The notes below the pieces were generated by a model, which was not told where the DNA came from, ran no database searches, and worked only from the letters and a program-made list of their open reading frames with translations. Positions 25,801 through 33,216 of a stretch of 50,662 nucleotides of DNA are shown in pieces. Within the stretch, counting starts at the first letter, position 1; each line of letters begins with the position of its first letter. Both the position numbers and the translations under genes were made by a program. Source of the DNA: Dehalococcoidales bacterium (GTDB taxonomy: Bacteria; Chloroflexota; Dehalococcoidia; Dehalococcoidales; CSSed11-197); contig JAQUQL010000002.1 of NCBI GenBank assembly GCA_028716145.1, forward strand, positions 1 through 50,662. Direction: 5' to 3'.

Positions 25801-26526
25801 ATGGTAACGCTTAAAATAGACGGAAGAGAAATCACAGCAGATTCCGGGAAAACGGTTCTTGAGGCCGCCCGGGAGAATAATATCTATATTCCAACTCTTT
25901 GTGTGAATGAAGCGGTAGCCGCTTATGGAGCTTGCCGGCTTTGCATGGTTGAGGTAACCAGGGGTAATCGCAAGAGGCTGGTTGCTTCGTGTTTGTACGA
26001 AGTTGCAGAAGGACTGGTGGTGGATACGCAAACGGAAAGGGTAGTAAATATAAGGCGCATGGTAATGGAACTGCTTCTTGCCCGCTGCCCAAATTCTTCC
26101 GAGGTTATTGATATGGCAAGGAACCTCGGGGTCGACAAAAGTCGTTTTCAACCAGAAAATCAAGACAACTCATGCGTTTTATGCGCTCTTTGCACCCGGG
26201 TTTGCCGGGAGGTTGTCGGCAAGAGTGCTATCAGCCTGGTCAGCAGGGGGACCGACAGACAGGTTGCGCTTCCCTTCTGTGATGACAGCGATGCCTGTAT
26301 AGCCTGCGGTTCATGTGTTTATGTTTGCCCCACCAACGCCATTAAGATGGAGGACAGGGGAGATGTACGCATCATAACCTGGCCAAGCTCTGCTCACGAA
26401 TTCAAGATGAAGAAGTGTGCCTCATGTGGCAGTCATTTTGCCCCGGAAAAGCAGATAGCCTTCATGATGGCAAAAAGTGGGCTCGAGGCTGAAAAGTTCG
26501 AGCTTTGTATGAACTGCCGTCCATGA
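25801..26526 (+). CDS. NuoG/HydA N-terminal-like Fe-S protein ([2Fe-2S] + 2x[4Fe-4S]) with no catalytic domain
   Basis: 241 aa. Plant-type [2Fe-2S] Cys at C34/C45/C48/C64, CVLCALCTRVC, CIACGSCVYVCP, C-terminal CxxC...CxxC. No H-cluster or molybdopterin domain follows. Confidence 0.8.
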   Translation: MVTLKIDGREITADSGKTVLEAARENNIYIPTLCVNEAVAAYGACRLCMVEVTRGNRKRLVASCLYEVAEGLVVDTQTERVVNIRRMVMELLLARCPNSSEVIDMARNLGVDKSRFQPENQDNSCVLCALCTRVCREVVGKSAISLVSRGTDRQVALPFCDDSDACIACGSCVYVCPTNAIKMEDRGDVRIITWPSSAHEFKMKKCASCGSHFAPEKQIAFMMAKSGLEAEKFELCMNCRP

Positions 26527-26534
26527 CGTTAAAA

Positions 26535-26563
26535 TTGAACCTTTAATCTTCCTTTGTTATACT
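26535..26563 (+). promoter_or_regulatory. Promoter in front of tRNA-Pro
   Basis: TTGAAC, 17-nt spacer, TATACT. The predicted +1 is a few nt before the mature tRNA 5' end. Confidence 0.5.
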
Positions 26564-26575
26564 CATTTGTACATG

Positions 26576-26649
26576 CGGGGTGTAGCGCAGTTGGCTAGCG
26601 CGCAGCGTTTGGGACGCTGAGGCCGGAGGTTCGAGTCCTCTCACCCCGA
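26576..26649 (+). tRNA. tRNA-Pro (anticodon UGG)
   Basis: Acceptor CGGGGTG/CACCCCG, anticodon stem CAGCG/CGCTG with loop TTTGGGA, T arm GGAGG-TTCGAGT-CCTCT. CCA is not encoded. Confidence 0.88.
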
Positions 26650-26671
26650 TTTTTATTAGTCAGGCTTTTCA

Positions 26672-27121
26672 ATGAAATTAGAAGAGTATAGAGCAAAAAG
26701 GGATTTCTCAAAAACCCTGGAGCCTGACGGCTCTGGAACAGGGAGCAACTCTCGACGTCCTCGGTTTGTTATTCAGGAACACCATGCCAGCCACCTCCAT
26801 TATGATTTCAGGCTTGAAATAGACGGAGTGCTGAAAAGCTGGGCAGTACCAAAAGGAGTTCCGCTGGAAAACGGCATCAGAAGGCTGGCGGTTCAAACAG
26901 AAGACCATCCTTTAGATTACATAAACTTTGAGGGTGAAATCCCCGAAGGCCAGTATGGAGCCGGGAACGTGCTTATTTTTGACGCTGGCACCTTTGATCT
27001 CGCCAGCCTGGAGTCCAAAAAGCTTGAATTTGAGCTAAAAGGCAACAGATACACTGGTAAATATGTGCTTATTAATACCGGTGGGGACAACTGGCTGATT
27101 TTTAAAAAGAAGGAATCTTAG
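26672..27121 (+). CDS. Stand-alone LigD-type 3'-phosphoesterase (PE) domain protein
   Basis: 149 aa. RFVIQEHHASHLHYDFRLEIDGVLKSWAVPKGVP and GEIPEGQYGAG are the LigD-PE signatures. Confidence 0.85.
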   Translation: MKLEEYRAKRDFSKTLEPDGSGTGSNSRRPRFVIQEHHASHLHYDFRLEIDGVLKSWAVPKGVPLENGIRRLAVQTEDHPLDYINFEGEIPEGQYGAGNVLIFDAGTFDLASLESKKLEFELKGNRYTGKYVLINTGGDNWLIFKKKES

Positions 27122-27127
27122 CTCCAG

Positions 27128-27439
27128 ATGACAGAACCTCTCCCGGAAAACAAAGCCGATTTGATTGTTAACGGTCAGCGAGTTGCCAATAATACGTTTG
27201 TTGATTCATTTATTGCCGGCGTAGCAGACGGACTGGTTTCCCCACTATCAGGTCGCAGTTGTTATCGGGCTTTGAACATAGTTATAGAAGAAGAAAAATG
27301 CCTGGTAGAATTTGATGGTGCAAGTGCTTCAACCAATGATTTTGTTGATAATATGATAAAGACAACACTGATAGGTATGGCTGGTGTTCTCGGTATCAGC
27401 GGGACAGTAGAAAGGTTGACTTTAAGAGTTAACAATTGA
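27128..27439 (+). CDS. Hypothetical soluble protein (103 aa)
   Basis: A tightly spaced ORF between the PE gene and mrpE with codon usage like its neighbours. I recognise no motif. Confidence 0.5.
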   Translation: MTEPLPENKADLIVNGQRVANNTFVDSFIAGVADGLVSPLSGRSCYRALNIVIEEEKCLVEFDGASASTNDFVDNMIKTTLIGMAGVLGISGTVERLTLRVNN

Positions 27440-27466
27440 CAATATAATTATCTGAATCCATTACTT

Positions 27467-28072
27467 ATGACGAATAGCAAGAAAAAATTAATAAACGGCG
27501 GAAAAAAGAGTTCAGGTGTGTTGGGTTTCATGCTTCAGTTTGTGCCGCTCTATATATTCTGGCTGGTACTGTCTGAGCATTATACACCGTTTTACCTGAT
27601 CGCCGGAGCTTTGATAAGTGCACTGATTGTTATTTTTAACCGGGAAATGTTTTCCAGTCTTCTTCCCACCGATCGACTTGGCAAATTCACACCAGGTTCA
27701 GCTTTAAAAACAGCTTTTTACCTGATTAAATACGTTCCATGGCTTCTGCTTCAAATAGCCAGGGACAACCTGCTTGTAGCCTATCTGGTTATTCATCCCA
27801 GAATGCCGATAAATCCCAGGATTTTGAGTTTTAAAGCCAGCTACCGGCGATCGGCAAGTCAGGTTATCCTGGCAAATTCCATAACACTTTCTCCAGGTAC
27901 GATGACGGTACTTCTGGAAAACAATCGTTACCTTGTCCACGCGCTAATTCCTTCTTCGTGCGATAATCTCACCAGCGGAGAAACCCAGGATAGGGTGGGG
28001 AAAATATTTGACGAAGTGCCGGAAGGCCCACCTCAATCGGCATGTGGATATACTTTTGGGGAGATTGAATGA
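27467..28072 (+). CDS. Mrp/Mnh antiporter subunit E-like (MbhA-like)
   Basis: 201 aa. The ILANSITLSPGTMTV block is typical of MnhE. Its stop overlaps the next start. Confidence 0.75.
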   Translation: MTNSKKKLINGGKKSSGVLGFMLQFVPLYIFWLVLSEHYTPFYLIAGALISALIVIFNREMFSSLLPTDRLGKFTPGSALKTAFYLIKYVPWLLLQIARDNLLVAYLVIHPRMPINPRILSFKASYRRSASQVILANSITLSPGTMTVLLENNRYLVHALIPSSCDNLTSGETQDRVGKIFDEVPEGPPQSACGYTFGEIE

Positions 28073-28344
28073 TGGAAGGCTTTATTGTGTTTGCAGCCTT
28101 CTTTATTCTTCTTCTTAACGGGATTTGTGTATATCGCCTGGTTAGGGGTCCAAGCGTTTTTGACCGTGCAGTTGCTGTAAGTGTTATTGGCAACAATGCT
28201 GTTATTCTTATCGTATTGGTTGGGTTTATATTCGGGCGAATAAACATGTTCTTTGATATAGCGGTAGCCTATGCGCTGCTAAACTTTATAATTTCTATCG
28301 CGCTTGGAAAATACTTTGAACACCGGGGTAAACAGACGCAATGA
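28069..28344 (+). CDS. Mrp/Mnh subunit F-like (MbhB-like)
   Basis: 91 aa, 3 TM. The RLVRGPSVFDRAVAVSVIG motif is typical of MnhF. Confidence 0.75.
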   Translation: MMEGFIVFAAFFILLLNGICVYRLVRGPSVFDRAVAVSVIGNNAVILIVLVGFIFGRINMFFDIAVAYALLNFIISIALGKYFEHRGKQTQ

Positions 28345-28715
28345 ACATTCTGGCTGGGATATTAATCGCCGCCGGGCTGTTTTTTCTGGCGGTAAGCTGT
28401 ATAGGCCTGGTGCGCCTGCCGGATTTCTACACACGTAATCATGCCGCAGGAAAATCAGGAACATTGGGGGCCATTTTAATTCTGGTTGGCCTGGCTATTT
28501 ATAACGGATTTGATATAACAGTACTCAGGTTGTTTATAATTTTACTCTTTTTTGCAGTTACCAGTCCGACTGCTACTCATGCAGTTGCCAGAGCCGCCTA
28601 CCGGTTGGGACTCGAACCATGGACGCTGAAAAACCAGAATCCTGAAATATGCAATGTTGAGACCAGGGAAGCAGATGAAGGTGCAGAACGCGAAACCAGC
28701 GAGGATACAGTGTGA
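28341..28715 (+). CDS. Mrp/Mnh subunit G-like (MbhC-like)
   Basis: 124 aa. GLVRLPDFYTRNHAAGKSGTLG is the MnhG signature. Confidence 0.8.
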   Translation: MNILAGILIAAGLFFLAVSCIGLVRLPDFYTRNHAAGKSGTLGAILILVGLAIYNGFDITVLRLFIILLFFAVTSPTATHAVARAAYRLGLEPWTLKNQNPEICNVETREADEGAERETSEDTV

Positions 28716-28960
28716 TGCTTGCCAATTTTGATTTCTGGCTGCTTATATTTTTGATCGGAATGGCGTTAGTAGCGCTTAATCTGCGCGATCTGATAGCTGC
28801 CGTGCTGGTGCTTTCAGCGTATAGTTTTTGCATGGCATTGCTGTTTGCTTTTCTGGGAGCGGTTGACGTGGCACTGGTTGAAGCAACGCTGGGTGGGGGT
28901 GTCACTGGTGTGATATTAATAGCAGCTATTCTCCTTATGAAAAGGAGGTCCAGGAATTGA
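28712..28960 (+). CDS. DUF4040 / MbhD-like small membrane subunit (MrpA C-terminal-fragment-like)
   Basis: 82 aa, 3 TM. GAVDVALVEATLGGGVTG. Confidence 0.65.
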   Translation: MMLANFDFWLLIFLIGMALVALNLRDLIAAVLVLSAYSFCMALLFAFLGAVDVALVEATLGGGVTGVILIAAILLMKRRSRN

Positions 28961-29235
28961 GGGCAGCATCAGCAATAATAATAGCGGCTTTTGCGGCATT
29001 AATGATTTATGCGACTTCGGGCTTGCCTGTTCCGGGAGACCCTGATGCACCCGGATCCGGGCATGTTTCGCAATATTATATTGAACATTCAATGGAAGAT
29101 ACCCATACGCCAAATATAGTAACTGCTGTTCTTGCTGATTATCGTGGCTTTGATACCCTGGGTGAAACGCTGGTGATTTTTACAGCCAGCCTTGCCTGTG
29201 TACTTATTCTGGCAAGGAGGATCGACCGTGATTAA
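28957..29235 (+). CDS. MbhE-like small membrane subunit (MnhB N-terminal-region-like)
   Basis: 92 aa. NIVTAVLADYRGFDTLGETLVIF. Confidence 0.65.
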   Translation: MRAASAIIIAAFAALMIYATSGLPVPGDPDAPGSGHVSQYYIEHSMEDTHTPNIVTAVLADYRGFDTLGETLVIFTASLACVLILARRIDRD

Positions 29236-29665
29236 ACGCTACGACAGCGTTATAGTCGATATAACCTGCCGGATAATGGTTCCTTTCATTCAGTTGTTTG
29301 CAATATACGTTATTTTTCATGGCCATTACAGCCCTGGAGGAGGATTTCAGGGAGGGGTGCTTCTGGCTTCAAGTATGATTTTGCACCGTTTGAGCCTGGG
29401 ACAAAAAGAATCCTATGCAAAACTTGCTCCCCGTAACGCATCCATATTGGGGACTGGCGGGATGTTTCTTTTTATGCTGACTGCGATCCTCCCGATATTC
29501 TTTGGTGGGATGTTTTTAGATTACAGTTTTCTGCCGATACCAGGTTTGGAGTCTGCCATGCTCAGGTATTATGGGATACTCATAGTCGAAATCTGGATCG
29601 GTATAGCTGTTTTTGGCTGCCTGGTAGTTATCTTTGACAGGCTGACTGAAAGAAGATGGGGTTAA
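29228..29665 (+). CDS. Mrp/Mnh subunit B-like (MbhF-like)
   Basis: HGHYSPGGGFQGGVLLAS. The GTG at 29228 has an AGGAGG SD and overlaps the previous stop (GTGATTAA). The ORF-track ATG at 29192 is less likely. Confidence 0.75.
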   Translation: MIKRYDSVIVDITCRIMVPFIQLFAIYVIFHGHYSPGGGFQGGVLLASSMILHRLSLGQKESYAKLAPRNASILGTGGMFLFMLTAILPIFFGGMFLDYSFLPIPGLESAMLRYYGILIVEIWIGIAVFGCLVVIFDRLTERRWG

Positions 29666-29666
29666 C

Positions 29667-30032
29667 ATGGGAGATTTAACGTTTCATTACAGTTATATCA
29701 TGATAATCATCCTTCTGGTTATCGGGTTGTGGGGCATGCTGGGGAAACGTAACCTTATTAAAAAAATAATTGGCCTCAATATTTTCCAAACCTCTATTTT
29801 TCTGTTTTTTATCAAAGGCGCATTAAAAGAGGGGGCCACGGTTCCGGTAATTGATCCTGAATTGGGGCTTGAAGCAGCAAGCTATTTTAACCCATTGCCG
29901 CACGTAATGATTCTCACAGCCATCGTTGTATCGGTAGCCACTACCGGGGTTGCCCTGGCTTTGATGCTGACAATATACCGCAATTATTCCAGCCTGGAAG
30001 AAGGCGACATCCTGGAGAGAATGGGCAAGTGA
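29667..30032 (+). CDS. Mrp/Mnh subunit C-like (NuoK-like; MbhG-like)
   Basis: 121 aa, 3 TM, with a conserved mid-membrane Glu context. Confidence 0.75.
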   Translation: MGDLTFHYSYIMIIILLVIGLWGMLGKRNLIKKIIGLNIFQTSIFLFFIKGALKEGATVPVIDPELGLEAASYFNPLPHVMILTAIVVSVATTGVALALMLTIYRNYSSLEEGDILERMGK

Positions 30033-31501
30033 TTGAGCATCTGCCGGCACTAATACCGATAACTCTTATCCTGTTTGCATTCATAGCCGGAGTGCTTGGA
30101 GTTATGCAGTTCAAGCTTAGCCGCAATGTGGCGATGCTGGGAGCTTTAGCCGCATTTGTATTGTCGGTTACCGGCACTATCCAGGTACTGCAAACCGGGC
30201 CGATGCATTACAGTTTCGGCAGTTGGCCGCCGCCGTATGGGATCGAATTTGTGCTGGATACCCTTTCAGCATTTATGGTACTGGTGATTACGGGCATAGG
30301 ATCAATTTTGCTTATGTTCCCAACCAAGCCCGGCTTTATGATTGATGAGCAAAAGGGAGCTACGGTGTACACAGTAGTGCTCATGCTCATGGCAGGGCTA
30401 TGCGGAATGGTGCTGGCTGGAGACTTGTTTAATCTTTACGTGTTCCTCGAAATTTCCTCCCTTTCGACTTTTGCGCTGATTTCTCTTGGGGGCGGTAAAG
30501 CAGCTGTTGCCAGTTTCCGTTATCTGATAATGGCCAGCATCGGTGGATGTTTTTATCTGCTGGGCGTCGGGTTTATATATTTTTCGGTTGGGTCGGTCAA
30601 TATGGCAGATGTTTTACAATTGCTACCGGCTGTATATGATTCGCCTTCGGTTATCGGCGGGGCCATTCTTATGGTTACAGGACTTTGCGTGAAGATGGCT
30701 TTGTTCCCCCTCCACACCTGGCTGCCGGATTCTGATACCTATGCGCCTCCGGTTGTAGCGGCATTTTCAGCAGCAGTGCAAATAGAGGTATCTGCGTATG
30801 TAATCATCAGGTTGATACTTAACGTATTTTCCCCTGAGTTTATAATCGGCTTGACGCCGATTACAGATATAATCGCCTGGATATCGGCAGCCGGTATCAT
30901 AATTGCGTCAATTCTTGCAGTAGCCCAGCAGAACTTCCGGAGGATGCTTGCTTACAGCAGTGTAGCCCAGATCGCTTATGTAGGACTTGGAATCGGGCTT
31001 GCCAATCCACTCGGGATAGTGGGCGGCATTTTTCACATCATGGCTCATTCATTGATGAAAGGGAGCCTGTTTCTTATTGCCGGTGGCATTCGTCATCATA
31101 CCGGGATTTGGAATATAAACGATTTTCAGGGTCTTGGACGTCGAATGCCCTGGACGATCGGCGCGTTTACTATTGCGGCAATGGGCATGATAGGTATTCC
31201 GCCAACTGCTGGATTTTTCAGCAAGTGGTATTTGCTTTTGGGCAGTATAGAGGGCGACCAATGGGTTTTTGTAGCTGTAATACTGATAAGCAGCCTTTTA
31301 AACGCAGTATATTTCTTTCGAATTATCGAAAAAGCGTTTTCACCTCCGGCAGAATCAACGGCCTCTGTTAATAAAACTGGTGAATTACCGAAGAGAATGC
31401 TTGCACCTATTTTGATTCTGGCAATCGGGACACTCATAGTAGGGGCGTTGAATGTGCTGGTTGTAAATGAGCTGATCATGCCGGTTGTGGAAGGGTTATA
31501 A
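30029..31501 (+). CDS. Antiporter-like subunit 1 (MrpD / NuoN/M family)
   Basis: 490 aa, about 14 TM. FPLHTWLPDS and HSLMKGSLFL blocks of proton-conducting membrane transporter subunits. Confidence 0.85.
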   Translation: MIEHLPALIPITLILFAFIAGVLGVMQFKLSRNVAMLGALAAFVLSVTGTIQVLQTGPMHYSFGSWPPPYGIEFVLDTLSAFMVLVITGIGSILLMFPTKPGFMIDEQKGATVYTVVLMLMAGLCGMVLAGDLFNLYVFLEISSLSTFALISLGGGKAAVASFRYLIMASIGGCFYLLGVGFIYFSVGSVNMADVLQLLPAVYDSPSVIGGAILMVTGLCVKMALFPLHTWLPDSDTYAPPVVAAFSAAVQIEVSAYVIIRLILNVFSPEFIIGLTPITDIIAWISAAGIIIASILAVAQQNFRRMLAYSSVAQIAYVGLGIGLANPLGIVGGIFHIMAHSLMKGSLFLIAGGIRHHTGIWNINDFQGLGRRMPWTIGAFTIAAMGMIGIPPTAGFFSKWYLLLGSIEGDQWVFVAVILISSLLNAVYFFRIIEKAFSPPAESTASVNKTGELPKRMLAPILILAIGTLIVGALNVLVVNELIMPVVEGL

Positions 31502-31504
31502 AAC

Positions 31505-32992
31505 ATGAGCGGATTTTCATCATTTCTTCCCATAGCAGCAATAATAGTATCGCTGATAGCTTTTGTGCTTATAATTCTGTTTGATAAAAAACCTAATGCC
31601 CGTGAAGCTGTTACCATAATTGCCGCTATATCCAAATTTGGAATCGTGTTTTCCATGGTTGGGTATGTGTTGGATGGAAGATATCCCCAAATGAGGCTAT
31701 TCAGTCTTTCACCAGGCATTGATCTTGCCTTGAGAGTGGATGAAGCGGGGATTATTTTTGCACTGCTTGCTTCTCTGCTCTGGATCGTAACCTCATTTTA
31801 CTCTATTGGATATATGCGGGGGCTATCGGAAACCCGCCAGACCCGATTTTTTGCCAGTTTTGCATTGTGCCTTTCCTCTACCATCGGCCTGGCTTTTTCG
31901 GCTAACTTGCTTACCTTCTACCTGTTTTACGAAATTCTTACCATTGCAACTTATCCCCTGGTTACCCATAAAGGAACGCCGGAGTCGATAAAGGCAGGAA
32001 GAAAATATCTTGCTTATCTTCTTACCGGTGGGGTGATACTGCTGGTAGCAATCGTTTACACTTATCAGATCTCTGGCACTCTGGATTTTAAGCCCGGAGG
32101 AATTTTACCAGCCGGGGCAAGCTTCGCCGAGCTGGCAGTATTATTCAGCCTTTTCCTGGTGGGGTTTGGTTTTAAAGCGGCGATAATACCACTGCACAGC
32201 TGGTTACCTTCGGCTATGGTCGCACCAACACCGGTAAGCGCGCTTCTGCATGCGGTGGCTGTAGTTAAAGCCGGTGTGTTTGGTCTGGTGCGTGCTACCG
32301 GATTTGTCATTGGCCCTGAGGTACTGGCCGACATTGGGGCAGGTGGCGTGATGGCGATCCTGGCTTCTGTTACGATTGTTATTGCTTCGCTCCTGGCTTT
32401 CCGCCAGGATAATCTCAAGCTTAGATTGGCTTATTCAACCGTGGCTCACCTGTCATATATCGTATTAGGGCTTGCCTTATTTTCTGATTATGCCTGGAAC
32501 GGAGCCTTGCTGCATATCGTCAATCATGGCGTGATGAAGATAACCCTCTTTTTTTGCGCTGGTGCTATTTACGTAAAAACCCATCTGACCAATATCAGCG
32601 ATCTTGATGGAATAGGCAGAAAGATGCCTTTGACGATGTCGGCTTTTACTATAGCTACAATGGGGCTTGCTGGTATGCCTCCGGTTGCTGGATTTGTTTC
32701 TAAATTCTTGCTGGTAGAAGGGGCGTTTGCTGACGGCCGGGCGGTATTCGGAGTGGTGTTGCTTATCAGCGGTTTGCTTAATGCAGGATACTTCTTTCCG
32801 ATCGTATACCGGGCTTTTTTCAAGAGCCCTTCTGATAACACTGGCAAAAATGAGGCGCCAGCCCTGATGCTGATACCCATCATGGTTACTGCCGGTTTAT
32901 CCTTGCTGTTCGGTTTGTTTCCGGATGGAATCTTCCACTTCTTCAATCTGGCCCAAAACGCAGTCAGTCAATTAGCAGGGGGTATCTGGTGA
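31505..32992 (+). CDS. Antiporter-like subunit 2 (MrpD / NuoM family)
   Basis: 495 aa. IPLHSWLPSAMVAPTPVSALLHAVAVVKAG and NHGVMKITLFFCAG. Confidence 0.85.
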   Translation: MSGFSSFLPIAAIIVSLIAFVLIILFDKKPNAREAVTIIAAISKFGIVFSMVGYVLDGRYPQMRLFSLSPGIDLALRVDEAGIIFALLASLLWIVTSFYSIGYMRGLSETRQTRFFASFALCLSSTIGLAFSANLLTFYLFYEILTIATYPLVTHKGTPESIKAGRKYLAYLLTGGVILLVAIVYTYQISGTLDFKPGGILPAGASFAELAVLFSLFLVGFGFKAAIIPLHSWLPSAMVAPTPVSALLHAVAVVKAGVFGLVRATGFVIGPEVLADIGAGGVMAILASVTIVIASLLAFRQDNLKLRLAYSTVAHLSYIVLGLALFSDYAWNGALLHIVNHGVMKITLFFCAGAIYVKTHLTNISDLDGIGRKMPLTMSAFTIATMGLAGMPPVAGFVSKFLLVEGAFADGRAVFGVVLLISGLLNAGYFFPIVYRAFFKSPSDNTGKNEAPALMLIPIMVTAGLSLLFGLFPDGIFHFFNLAQNAVSQLAGGIW

Positions 32993-33216
32993 AGAAAAAA
33001 CTCGTCATCGTTGGCGTTCTGCTTGCCATGTTTGTTTTGGCAGACAGCCTGTTTCACCTCACCCACGGAGAAGGCTGGTGGGCGCAGATACCGGCATTTT
33101 TTGCATTTCTTGGTTTTGTTGGAGGTCTTCTGATTTTCTTTTTGGCAAAGATTGTAATCAGCGCGCTTTTGCATCGTAACGAGGATTATTATGAGTCTGA
33201 TAGAAATAATCAATAG
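32989..33216 (+). CDS. Small 2-TM membrane protein embedded in the mrp cluster
   Basis: 75 aa. The GTG start overlaps the upstream TGA (GTGA), indicating translational coupling. No recognisable family. Confidence 0.5.
   Translation: MKKKLVIVGVLLAMFVLADSLFHLTHGEGWWAQIPAFFAFLGFVGGLLIFFLAKIVISALLHRNEDYYESDRNNQ

Noticed and set aside
31126-31719. A 197-aa minus-strand ORF across the mrpD-like 1 / mrpD-like 2 junction.
   Set aside because: It is antisense to two strongly supported antiporter-like subunits and has no independent signals.
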